Assembly (NCBI GenBank): GCA_001643675.2
Contig: LSRY02000045.1
Coordinates: forward strand, 124,001 to 188,000
Direction: 5' to 3'
Origin: Monocercomonoides exilis PA203
Lineage: Eukaryota > Protista > Preaxostyla
Length of the DNA stretch: 64,000 nucleotides
Below are positions 25,268-37,667 of the stretch, one piece after another. The position numbers were made by a program, and so were the translations under genes. The notes below the pieces were generated by a model, which worked only from the letters and a program-made list of their open reading frames with translations, made no database searches and was not told the DNA's origin. The stretch's first letter is position 1. Every line of letters starts with the position of its first letter.

Positions 25268-28200
25268 ATATCTCTAAAAATCATATATTTGCTTTTCCTG
25301 TTCCATTCTTTCTTCGCCTTATTCAAATTTTCTCTTTCAATCGAACTTCCAAAAAGATATCTTCTTCTTCTCAAACATTTGCCAAATTTCTTCTTCTGCT
25401 GCATCATCAATTCCTTGATCTCATTTTCGGCTTTTAACAAAATTCTCCCGATATGTCTTCCCAAACCTTCAAAAAAGAAAAGAAAAATATCTTTTCATTT
25501 CCTTGACATTTCATCTGGCTCACTCCTCTACGCGCCAATTCAATTATTATTTTCTGACTTCTTTAATGCATCCAATATCCCCTCTTTCCATAATCCATGT
25601 TCATTCCTTGTCGTTGAACATTCTTGTAAAAATCCTTATTTTATAAATAAAAAATAACATATAATAAAAAATAGTAATAAAAAAATGCAAACCTATATCT
25701 TTCACAATGACCGCCTTTCGCTGACTTTTTCTTTCTTCTTCTTTTTATAATATTGTTCCTTTCTCCCTATAAATTCCATCTGCCTCATCTTCGCTTCCCT
25801 TCTGCTTCCCCCCAAAAAAATAAATAGCCAAAGTCCAACTTCTTGTTGCTTCTTCTCAAATAACTTCACCAATTCCATTCTATAAAAAAAAACCAGCAAT
25901 GAAAAATATTCCATCTGATAAACACGTCTCACCCCTTTTCTCTGCATTGCCTTCTTCTTCTCCACATTTCCCCCAAAGCAACAACATTACATCACCACAC
26001 CCATATCCCAGTCCATCCATTTTCCCAACCAAAAAATTTGCATCTCCATTCTTTTTCTGTCTTCTTTGGAAGGCACCTTCCCATGGTCAACTCCTCACCT
26101 CCCTCCATCTCATCATCCTCAACACAAAGTGCCAGCGCTGATGTTCCTTCTTCCCGTCTTCCTCCGCCTCCACCCCCGATCCTTGCCCTGCAAATGAGAG
26201 GCGCGACCAAACTGTCCATTCAATAAAAAATTTTAAATATTAAAAAAAAATCTCTCTCATTTTTTTCTTCTTCAACCCCACTTTTCTCTCTTATCAAACA
26301 TACATCAGCAAAAACTTTTTCCCCTTGCTCCACCTCGTGTGCCTCCACCTTCTTTCGATACATAAAAATATAATATCCCTTTTTCATATCTCTCCATTTC
26401 CTTTCCAACTCTCATCCTCCCCTCCAAAGATAATATATTCTATTCACTCCATCCATCTTCTTCCCTCTATTCCTCCGCTTCACCACACCTCCTCCACAAC
26501 AAATTCCATTTCTCCAACAATAAATACGACATCTACGCCTTCCCAATGACAAAAATCGAAAAAACAATCTCTCAGCGCTTCATCCAAATCCATCTCCTGT
26601 GCATCCATTTTGCCTCTTAAACCTCACAAAAACACCTCTTTCTCCCCCCAAAAAACATCCTTTTGTCGTTCCTTTCCCCTTCAAGACATCCTGCTTTCTC
26701 CTCAAAAAGCATATCTTCTCTCCAAACTCCATATATCCATCCTCCCTCTTTTCTGACTTGTCCATATGCCCATTCAGCCACAATAAATCCAGTTGGGCTT
26801 TCTTTTCTTTTATCATCCCAAATCTGTCGTGAGCACGATCAAATAGAATCTTATGACAGAAGATTTGACTTGGCCACACGAAGAATGAAAGGCTTGCATT
26901 CAAAAAAGGTGGCAGATGGAGCAGATGAGTTGAATACAGCCCTGAAGCAGAATGAAGACAAAAGCAATATCATTTTTGAAAGAAGAAAGAGTCATTCATT
27001 TTTGATTGTTGGAAATGATGATGATGATGATGAATGGTTTTGTCAAAATAACAGGAAATGGGGTGAATGAAATGAACTTTATTGTTTGTTTGTGTTCGTT
27101 GAAGAATTTCATTATTAATGTTATTCTTCTCTTTTGCTGCCTGTCTGGGTGTGATGATGTTGTCTGAAATGGACAAAAGAGGTGTCTGTTTGCTGAGAGG
27201 AGGAAGAATGAAAGAGAGGAGAGAGCTCAATGAATCAGAGTTTCGAGGGCAATGGCACAGGAGAAGGGCAGGACAATCGCCTGTTTGTGAAAATAGACTG
27301 AACAAAAAGGAGTTTATATGAAGTTGAAAGAGGATGAAACAAACATTAACGCAGAAAACGAAGAAGAAGATGAAGAAGAAGAAGATGATGATGATGAAGA
27401 AGAAGAAATTGCAGCAATCGCTTTATCAGCCCCATTTCCCTCTCTCAAATCACTCCCATTCTTGTCTCTCTTTCTGCTGTCTGCAATCGAGTCGAGTCAA
27501 ACGGACCCATAGGCGAATCCTCCTCTTCGATCTCATACGTTCTCATAAACAGCATCTCATCCCTCTTTTCGCTTCTGTGTATTTCCGGAAACAGCTGGCC
27601 ACACAACTGCAATGGCATTGTTTTGCATGTGTGAATCATCAGCAGCTTCTCGCAATGTGCCTGCGCATTCATCCTGCTGTTCACCAAACCTTGCAGCTGC
27701 TTTGCCACCTGCTTGAACATCAGCGTATGCTTCATCTGCTTCTTTATCTCTCTTTCTCTCTCTCTCTCTCTTCCCTTCAATTTCCTTCTTGCTCTGTTGT
27801 GATTGTTCTCTGCAATGCGCAAAATCTTCTGGAATGCCTGTTAAATCTGCTCGCTTCCTCCTCCAGCTTCCCACCTCTCGCTCGACCTGATGCTTCTTTC
27901 CCTCCTCTTTCCCTTTCAAAATAGCACAAACCACAGTGGAACAGAAAGGTTGTGCAGTTGATGCTGTTTCAAAACCTTTCTGGCTTTGACAGAGTACTTC
28001 GTCCATCGCTCGACACAGATGAAACATTCGAAATGGACAAGGGAGTGGAACAGGTGGCTGGACAGGCGGAGCAAGAAGATGTTGTTTCCAAAGAGCAGCA
28101 AAGATTCTTTGTTGCAACTCTCTTTCTTTGATAAGGTTCAAAGCCGAGCTCGATGGTCGAAACACGTTCAGCTTGGGGACTGTAATGAAGGAAAAGTTAG

Positions 28201-31200
28201 AGCCGCAGTTTGGGATTGGAAATGTCCCAGATAAAAGAAAAAGAAAAAGAAAAAAAGGAGTTGCTAATGCTAAAGTGAAAGAAAGAAGAGAAGAGGAAGA
28301 GGAAGAGGAAGAGGAAGTGAGTGTTCTGGAGGCGGAATCGCTGCATATTGCTCTTGCACATCCTCAGTGCGTAACACTATTTGGCTGGAGTGAATGTTGG
28401 ACAGGGAGGCAGGATCATCCTTCGTCCATGACTGTGATTCATTTGCTGGTGGCAGGTTGCACACAACATGAGAGAACTGATCCAAAGTCAGTTGAGGCAG
28501 TGATGACACAGCAGGGTGAAATGATGTGCATCACATTGAAAAAAGGGAAGTCTGCTTGAGAGAAGAAAAAGATGGTGAAGGAGTGATGTTGTTCGAAGAA
28601 GAAATGGAGGAGGAGGAAGAGCGTGAAGAAGACAAAGAAGGAGAATATTATATCAGCCAAGAAGAAAATATGTGCAGATAACTTCATTTGTCAGAGCAGT
28701 GCAAATGACAACAATTACAGCAAACATAATGAAGAATGCAAAGAGGGGGAAGAAAGCGATGAGGGGGAAGAAGAAGAAGAAGAAGGAATTGCAGCATCAA
28801 CAGAATTATAATCTTCAGAGAATCATTTCAAAACGAAATTCGTCGTTTCTCTCCTGACATGCTCTGACACAAAGCCAAAAATGGCAAACAGGCTGTTTCA
28901 CACAGATGACAGCCAGCCAGAAATATTCTTCGTTTGGCAATTGTTTTGAGAAGGAGAAGATTCAACAGCAAGACAATGCGGCTCAAATGCATTTGGCGTT
29001 TCGGCTGAAGAGAAAGCAGAAAATGGAGGAGGATGAATTCATGGCGCGGGGAAAAGAAGGTGAAGACAAAGAAGAAGATGAAGAAATATAAAAATTAGTC
29101 GAATTCGATGAAGAAGAAACACTTGCAGAAGGTGATGAAGGTGATGAAGGCGGAGAAGAAAAGAAGAAAAGGAAAGAGAAGAAGAAGAAGGTGATGAAGA
29201 TAATGATAAAGAAGGAAATAAAATTATTTCATATGCTTAGGTCGTGGAAAGAAAAACGTGACGAAAAAGTCGAAGAAAGAAAAGCAGATAAAGAAAGTGA
29301 AGAGGATGAAGAAGAAGGTGATGAAGGTGACGAAGGTGATGAAGGTGATAATCAAAAGTGGGGGAAAAAATACACAATTTCATATCATTTGGAGGTGTAT
29401 ATGGAAACATGATGTCAATGAGATAGATAAGGCTGACAAAAACAATGAGGATGAAGAAGAAGGGGGAGAATAGACGAAAAAGCAGAAGAAGACGATGAAG
29501 ACAATGAAGTCGATGTTATCGAAATCTCAAATAACGGATATTTTCTGGTCGAAGATGGCTTCAAAAAAAAAAAAAACCTTGTTCTCTACTCTTGTGGATA
29601 TTGCTTCGATGACATAAGGCTAAGGCGAGTATTAAAATATTCAAAGTCCATTTTGCCTGTAATTTTCCTCCAGCTGCCTGTATTACGCCAAACTGTCCGT
29701 TTTTCTCGTTTTTTCGCCTCTCAAGCCAAGCAATCAAATTCAGTTCCATCGCTCCCCCAGGTCTATAAAGTCAATGTCTTTCCATTCTTATCCCAAGAAA
29801 GGCACCTTGCTCTGCTCCAACTGCCTCCAATGTCCCTTTTCAGTCATTTGCCTCAATCTCCCCAACAATGCTTTTTCTGAAAATGTCCTCTTTCTCTTTT
29901 TAAAAAACGCTCCCTTTTCATTGAATTTGGTTATTCTTCCTTTTTGCCTTGAATATCTTCCAACCCCGTTGATTTCTGCTCCATCAAAATTCATTCTTCA
30001 TCGCATTTCTATCCATCGCGCATGTTGAGTCCAAAATGAGTGAAATAAATGTTTATGATAAAATATATTCTGGCTCTAATATATTTGTAAGATAGCATTT
30101 TGCCCTCTTTCTTGCTGTTCCCGTCTGCAAAGAATAAATCGTCATTTGATATAAATCTTCTGAATCACGACTTTGGAGAGGTTACGGATGGAAATATCTT
30201 CACAATCAACAGAAAAACAAAAAATACATACATTGAAAATTCTTCATTTCCATCGAAAATGTTGTTGCTCCACACCATTCTATCAATCAAAATGAATAAT
30301 TTCAGTTTCCCTCAAAATAAAACTGTTGCTGTCTCATCTGCCATATCACAAAAAAATAATTCACTCATCCCAGCTGGAATGTTTGACGTCTTGATTTCTC
30401 ATTCTGTTGTGCAGTTTTTTTATCATTTAACTTCATTTGATCATTTTCCATAACAGATTGGAGAGATTGATGAATGAACGATGGCTCAATTTGAAGTATT
30501 TTGGTTGAAAGGGCAGAGGCTGGAAGAGAAATGGGGACAGGGGATTGTTTGTGGGGCAGCTCAACAACCTTGCCAATTCTTGTTGTTTGAGTGCCAAATG
30601 AGCAGAAAAGAAATTGATTTCTGTTTTTATGGCAGCTGTCTGGTGCTCATGATGAACATGAGATAATTAGAGGGAGAAAATGTCGACAATGTATTTATTT
30701 ATCATTCAGCACTGGATTGCAACATATCCTGCCAATCTCCTGAATAAATGGTATTTTATTGAAAAGTGAATAAAAAGGAATAAAATCACCAAATCTTGTT
30801 TTGGTCATGGCACAACCTTGTTACTCTTTTATCCAATTCTATCAATCTTCTCATGTTGGACAACGTCTGGTGTCATCTTTCAATTTTATTGTGAAATCCG
30901 ATGCAGATACAAATGGATAATTTTCATCCATCGAAATTCACTTTTTCCTTCGTGAGTCATATTCGCTTTCCATATTTTCAAACGTTTTTTCTTCTTCTTC
31001 ATATTCTCCAATACTCGATCTGGGAAATTGGACCAACATCCCTCAACATCCCAAAGAGACTGAACAAGATGATTATCTGGCGTTTGAAAGGAATTTGTCT
31101 TCACCTGAAATCTCTCTTTTTCTGCCATTCTATCATCTTCTTCTTCTTCTGTTTCTATTTGATATCTTCATCAACATTGTTGGGAAAGAGCCCATCTGAT

Positions 31201-33477
31201 CCCAAGATAATATATCAATGAGAATGAGCAGGATTGTTTTTTATCAGACCTTTTTGTTGATGGAAGGAAATATCACAAAACCTTTGGTTTTTGAATTGGA
31301 GTCAGCAAGGTTAGAAACGCAAGCACTTTGGCAACAATCAGGGTTGTGAGTCCATGGAAAGGGAAAGGAAAAAGAGAGAATGCGAAACGCTAGAAATGAG
31401 GAGAGGAATTATTTTGAATCTGTTTGTGAATGAAGCCTTGCACGAAGCAGAAGGAAAGACAGGATGGATTTTTTTTGAGAGGGATTGTCAAAGAAGTTCT
31501 TTGAACTGAACAAGGATCGAATTGACAGTTGGTGTGCCTGAGTGAATTTTGAGCAGGATACACATTCTTTGGCCTTCTCATAAGTTTCAATTCATATGTG
31601 TTCCATTTGGAATGAGAGATGGTTTTGAATATATTTGAGGATATGGAAAGATGAATTTTTTGATAGAAATGGTGGGGCTGGTTCATGCAGTTTGTTTTCT
31701 TTTGCAATCAGACATCTGGGGAAATGGGAAGGATGCATCGGTGGAGAATGGAGAAATAGAAAGGTTTTTGAGGGTGATGGAGGAATGAGATGTCTCGTTC
31801 AGAACGAGTTGGGAGAAGGGAGCAGAGGGAAATGAAGGTGAAAGAGCAAGGAGGAATGGCGGATGAAACTCAGTTTGTGAGGGGAAGAGAAAGAAGTGAA
31901 AATTGATTTATTAATCAATTTTTTATATGAGTTGTTGTTTGTCTTGTGGTGTGGCTGCTCATCAACGATCACTTTGGAAAATGTGTGTGGAGGAGGTTGC
32001 ATTGTCTTTGGTATTCCCTTTTGATATTTGTGTTTTGGGGGAATGTGTGCCTGTGAATGAGCAAAAAGAGGGGGGCTGGATGTTGTTGGGAGTGATGGAG
32101 ATGTGTCTGGTTTGCAATGAGGAAGAGGAAGAGGAAGAGGAAGGCGATGGAAGGGGCAGTTGGGAGTCTGTTTCGAGAGGTCTTTGGAAGGGAGTTGGAA
32201 AGAAGAAAAACAGAGAGGCAGGGATTGAGATGGAATGGAAAGTTGGGTGAAGAAGACGAAAGGTGAGGAGAGAATGGTGTGGCTGGGCAAATGAAACGGG
32301 GTGAGGAGTGTTTGTGGGTGCGATGATTCCACGCTCAGCAAGGTTGTTGGCAATGTTGATGGTTGTGATGGATGCTGTGTGTTTTGGAGCCGAAAGGATG
32401 GGGAAAGCAGACAGAAGAAATGAGAGAGGATGGTGAGTGGCAGGCAGTTGTTGGAGGGGGGTGAGGATGAAGCGGAGGAAAGGATGCAAGATGGGCATAT
32501 GCCCCATGGAGCAGATGTGTTTGTTGAGTGAGGTTGAGGGGCAGTTGTGTTTTTGGAAGGGAGAAGAAAGAAGAGGGAGATGGAGAACATATGGAGGGTG
32601 TGGAGCTTGTTGGAACAAGAGAAGGAAGGTAAAGGAAAGGGAGGCATTTGAATTGTGATATGCATGAAGGTATTGAAAATGTCTTTCAAAATTCACAAAA
32701 AAATTATTTTGTAATTTTTCAGAGAGATTTCAAACACTTTATTTTCTGTTTATTTCTCATTCGCATTGTTGGTTTCTTTTTCGCTCAGTTCCACTCAAAA
32801 CATATTATTTTATTTGTATGTTTGTGTGGCATTCCCCTGTGTGAAAAAATGCAAGGGAATCAACACACATTATTGTCTTTGTGAAGGAGCCAGGGCAAAT
32901 GAATTCTTTTGTGAAGGCTGAGAAAATGGATTTGGGGGAGCCTGGACACACAGAAACCAGGGGAAATGGCATTTTTCTGTTTGATAAATATTATAATAAA
33001 TTCATATTTATAATTTTATAAAAAAGTTTTTTTTCAAATAGATTGATGAACTGGTTTATGCAATCAGATCAAATGAAAACAGAAAAAGCTGAAAGCGTGT
33101 TGAGAGAAGTTTTGCAGCCAGGAACAGACATAGCACATGGCATACCCTGAGGGGTGTGATTCGATCCTTGGGGTGGTACGGGTGCTGAGCCTCTGGGGTG
33201 TCTGGGAAATGGGGCAGCGATTAATCGGCCAGATGGCTGTGCCTGCACATGGAACATGTTTGTGATGCCTCTTTCTATGCGCTGTGCCTGCATAGTGTTG
33301 TGAGTCAGCTATATGAATGGGCTTGTGGGGCAGCTTGGTGCCGGTGGGTGTTGTTGTTTGTTTTCAGAATGTTATCTAATCTGCCAGGGTGGTGGAGGTG
33401 TGTCATTTTGTTTGCCTCTCGAGGGAGCTGTTGATGTGTTGCACCTTTTTTATTTCTATTTTTCCGTATTTTATTTC

Positions 33478-35134
33478 TCAGCAGGGCGCAGCTGGGGATG
33501 TTTCGCCACAGAAGAATTTTTCGATGATCCGGGTTCCTGGGTGGGTCAAAACAGCGGGGAAGGCGATGAGAGCAAAAGAAACAGCGATTGGGAGGGGTGC
33601 AGCGTGGAGACGATGGGCTGTGGCAGAATTTTGTTTTTTCACCTCAAAGGCAGTTATTGGCTGTTGTGGCAGTGCCAGCACAAATACGGATGATTTTATT
33701 GGATGCTCTCCTTCAGACCTGGGATTTGCCGTTATTTCATCCAGCAAAAATATTTCGACTCCAACTGTCCACTTGCCACACTGAACAGCATCGTTGAAAT
33801 TGAAGAAAGAGAATTTGTCCCAATCACACTCACTGTCTTCCCTCTCCCAACAACAGAAATCTTCTTTTCCCCAACATTGATCGTCGCCCCTTCGCTCACA
33901 TGCTTCCCATCCAGCAACGTGATTGTCGAGCTCAGCTGCGCCATGCTTGACCCCACTGCATGCCCCACTGTCTTGCACGGTGCAGACTCACTCATCCCAC
34001 ACAGATTGTTTGTGTCATCTCCACTCACCCCAACATATATTGTTTTGTCCTTCAACCATCCCTTCTTTTCTGTATGCTGATACGTCCAACTGCTTGATTG
34101 CACATATCTATAACACACTCTTGTATCATTGTTATTCGTTGTATACGATTCGTAGAATGGGTTATTCGATGAAAAGAGATTATAATAATCTTGAAAATAC
34201 ACATCGTGGCCATATGGAGTAGAATTACTGCAACTGCAATCATGGAAGAAGAGAAAATAGCAATAAATGTTGTTGGCCGGGGCTGTTGTTTGAGACGTAT
34301 AAAAGTACAATCCTCCGCCATACGACACTGCTGAGCAAGAAATAAATTGGAGGCTCCGCATTTTGAATGCAGATGGAACATTGTAACAAAACATCCCCCC
34401 TCCGCTGGTGCTCGAAAGTGTACATGAAGTGAATGAGCACTCAAACACACAAGCACTCTCTCCATTGCCGTTTTCTGTTCCAATACAGGCAGATCCAGAA
34501 ACATTAAAATAATCGAGATAAAGTCCTCCTCCGCGATTACTTGCATTACATTTCTGGAACTCGCACCCACTGATCCTGACACACGAAGTAATGTCATATG
34601 CATGAATTCCTCCTCCACGATAATTTTTTGCTGTACATGCATTGAATGAATTGTTCTCAATATTTATTGAATAGATCGAACGACACAAAATTCCTCCCCC
34701 AGCATAATATGCATAGCAATCATTGAACGAACAAAATTTCACTGAAAGTGTTCCTGATGACAAGCCATACATGAAAATAGCTCCACCATTTGAAGTTCCA
34801 TTACTAATGGATGTCGATGTTCCATTTGCTTTTGACTCATTCCACACACACCAAGTGAACGAATTCGTCCCATTGTCTGCTATTTGCTGTCTCGCTGGCT
34901 TCGACGGATTCCCTTCACTCCCATTGACAACAACATTCTGAGACCGATAGCATCCAGCAAATGAGGTGTTCGAGGCAGCCATGACTGAGACGTTAGAAAA
35001 GACAAAAAGAGAGCGCGATGCAAGAGATATGACGAGCAATGGAAGAACGGAGCTGAAGGAATGCAAAAAGAAGAGAAATGCGACTCGCCCTCCCGAAAGC
35101 ACTGCCTCCTTCTTCTCTTTTTTTTTTTTATCAT
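33478..35134 (-). pseudogene. Cassette A3: beta-helix ORF 33732-35102 with leader fused in frame; upstream ATG out of frame across an A12 tract; tail frameshifted
   Basis: Same motif set. ...FSNVSVMAASNTSF joins leader to body. Confidence 0.75.
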
Positions 35135-36059
35135 TGTTGTTGAATGAATTGTTATGTTTCTAAAGATTTTGTTGTTAAAATAATAAGACAGTTGATGTTG
35201 TTGAAAGGCATTAGTGGTATTTTTTTAATTCTTTTAATTCAAAGCAAATTTGAGAGTTTCATAAGCTAAATGCCAATGTCCAAGATGCATTCATTCTTTT
35301 CTTTGAATGCATGTTTGGAATCAAAATCATTGTTTTCCTTTTATTTTATTCATTAAATATGAAAGTGAATGAAATGATGAAGATATTTTGGATAAACAAC
35401 AATTGTTTTTAGTTCTTTTTTTGTTTTGTTTTTATTGAATTATTTGAAATGTGTATTGATTGAATATTTGCATCAACTCGAAATGAATAATTTTCATTGA
35501 TTCGTTTCATTTTCACTTGGTATTTTTTAAAAAAACATGTATTTAAAAGATGTTGTTATTATTATTATTCAATATTTCCATAAAAAAATCATAACTTTAA
35601 ACACATTTGTTTTTTTGTTTTTATTTATTTTCGAAAAAGATAGTTATTAAAATCGCAATGGAACGTTTGTAACACTTGGCCAGAATACATTTCTTCAAAC
35701 AAATCTTTTTTTTCACAATATTCAAACACTCATAAATTCACAAATGAGCCTTTTCACCATTTATTATTCAGAAGAAATACAAATGAAATATTTTCATTTA
35801 AAAAATGTTCTTTAGGAATTCGGTTCGTCGAATGAATATTTCAAACAAAACAGTATTCGATATTCAATTTCTTTTCTCTTTAAGAGGAAGATAATTTGAA
35901 ATTTGATTTTCTTGTTAATAATTTCTTATTTTTCAACAAAATTCTCTTGACCCTTCACAAAATAAAACTGTCATTGTCCATGTTGATGATTTATTTATTT
36001 CAGAATTGATTTCTCACCTCTTATCTTAATTCATTTGTTTGTTTGTTCAGTAATTTGAT

Positions 36060-37365
36060 TGTCAAAAATCCAGTTTCTTTCAAATTATTATTGATCATTT
36101 GTTGTTGTCATTTACTGATTTGAGATTTGGGTAATTCCTTTTTGACATCACACTTTTTCTATCATAAGAATTCGTTTCGATAAATCAATTTGATGATCCT
36201 GAAGATGAAACCAAGCAGAACTATTGATGAGTTTCTATTTGTTTTCAGATTGTTGTTTTTCAGTTGTTTTCAATGATTCAATAATTGATCATTTCAATCC
36301 ACTGAACATTTCATTGCAATCTGTTAGACCCAATGATAGAATGTTGGTTATTATTGGAGAACAGAATTTTCATTTTTGATTTCAAAAATACTCACCCATT
36401 TTCAAGAGTTAATCTCAAAATCCAATTTCATTTTGACATTCATTTTGAAATTTGATGAGAATCATCAACTATTTAGTGTTTTATTTTGAACAATTTTTCA
36501 ACAGTTTTTTCCTTTTATGAATGAACTGGAACATCTTTTTAAAAAATATTTTCTTTATTAATGCTTTATGTATCATATGGATTCTTTTTGAAATCATTAG
36601 AGTGGAGAACTTATTTCATTTATTTTTGACTAAAAATAACAAACGTTTATTATCACTCACACACAATGATACACATATTAATGAATTTTGTTTTTCATTG
36701 AAAAATATAAAATTAAATGTGTTATTTGAAGTGATGTTAATAGATATTTAATATAAGTTTTTTTAATGAAATCAATATTCAAAAAAAAAAAGAAAAAGAA
36801 AAGAGAAATTGGAATTTCATTTAAACGTTAAAAACAAATATCCAAATGATCACTCAGAAAAATACAAAAAGAAATATTTTAGAAAAAGAAGATGTTCCAG
36901 TTCATTCATAAAAGGAAAAAACTGTTGAAAAATTGTTCAAAATAAAACACTAAATAGTTGATGATTCTCATCAAATTTCAAAATGAATGTCAAAATGAAA
37001 TTGGATTTTGAGATTAACTCTTGAAAATGGGTGAGTATTTTTGAAATCAAAAATGAAAATTCTGTTCTCCAATAATAACCAACATTCTATCATTGGGTCT
37101 AACAGATTGCAATGAAATGTTCAGTGGATTGAAATGATCAGTTATTGAATCATTGAAAATAACTGAAAGACAACAATCTGAAAACAAATAAAAACTCATC
37201 AATAGTTCTGCTTGGTTTCATCTTCATGCTCTTCAAATTGATTTATCGAAACGAATTCTTATGATTGAAAAAGTGTGATGTCAAAAAGAAATCACCCAAA
37301 TCTCAAATCAACAAACGATAATGATGACAACGATAAATGATAATTTGAAAGAGACTGGATTTTGA
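36060..37365. repeat. About 1.3-kb mini-palindrome cassette X-spacer-X' (arms about 36060-36538 and 36889-37365), repeated in direct orientation at about 41896-43200
   Basis: gaactggaacatctt / aagatgttccagttc arm ends. The spacer stretch gaaattggaatttcatttaaacgttaaaaacaaatatcc occurs at about 36805 and 42641 in the same orientation. Confidence 0.85.
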
Positions 37366-37439
37366 TTAGAAAAGAAAACTTCCATTCAATTTCTTCTCTT
37401 CTTGTTGAGAGAGATGCCACTTTATGGGTCATGTCACTT
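37366..37439. repeat. 3' inverted terminal repeat of the DIRS element (partner 41822-41895)
   Basis: ttagaaaagaaaacttcc...catgtcactt; one mismatch against the reverse complement of 41822-41895. Confidence 0.92.
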
Positions 37440-37560
37440 GAAGTGATAAAAGGGCACGACGACATGTGCTGATCTCAAGATATCTTGCGCCATAAAAAAC
37501 CATATTGGCGCGAGAAGAGAAAAAACATAAAAAGGGGTGGGTAACAAACAGGGGTGGGCA

Positions 37561-37662
37561 AAGAGAAGAAATTGAATGTTTGTTTTCTTTTCTAATTAAA
37601 ATGCATAACATTTTCATTGTCAAGAAAACTTCCATTCAATTTCTTCTCTTCTTGTTGAGAGA
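37561..37662. other. Internal complementary region (ICR) of the DIRS element
   Basis: 37561-37595 matches the element 3' terminus (3 mismatches). 37622-37662 matches the 5' terminus exactly. A 26-nt linker lies between them. Confidence 0.88.
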
Positions 37663-37667
37663 AAAAC

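Larger units (their letters stand above)
14149..29313. repeat. Giant palindrome P2 (tail-to-tail C cassettes); near-identical arms about 14149-21691 and 21777-29313, 85-bp spacer; diverged homology continues out to about 5980/35500
   Basis: More than 20 mirror ORF pairs sum to about 43462. Arm ends are gaatatgaaatgaa and ttcatttcatattc. Confidence 0.95.
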
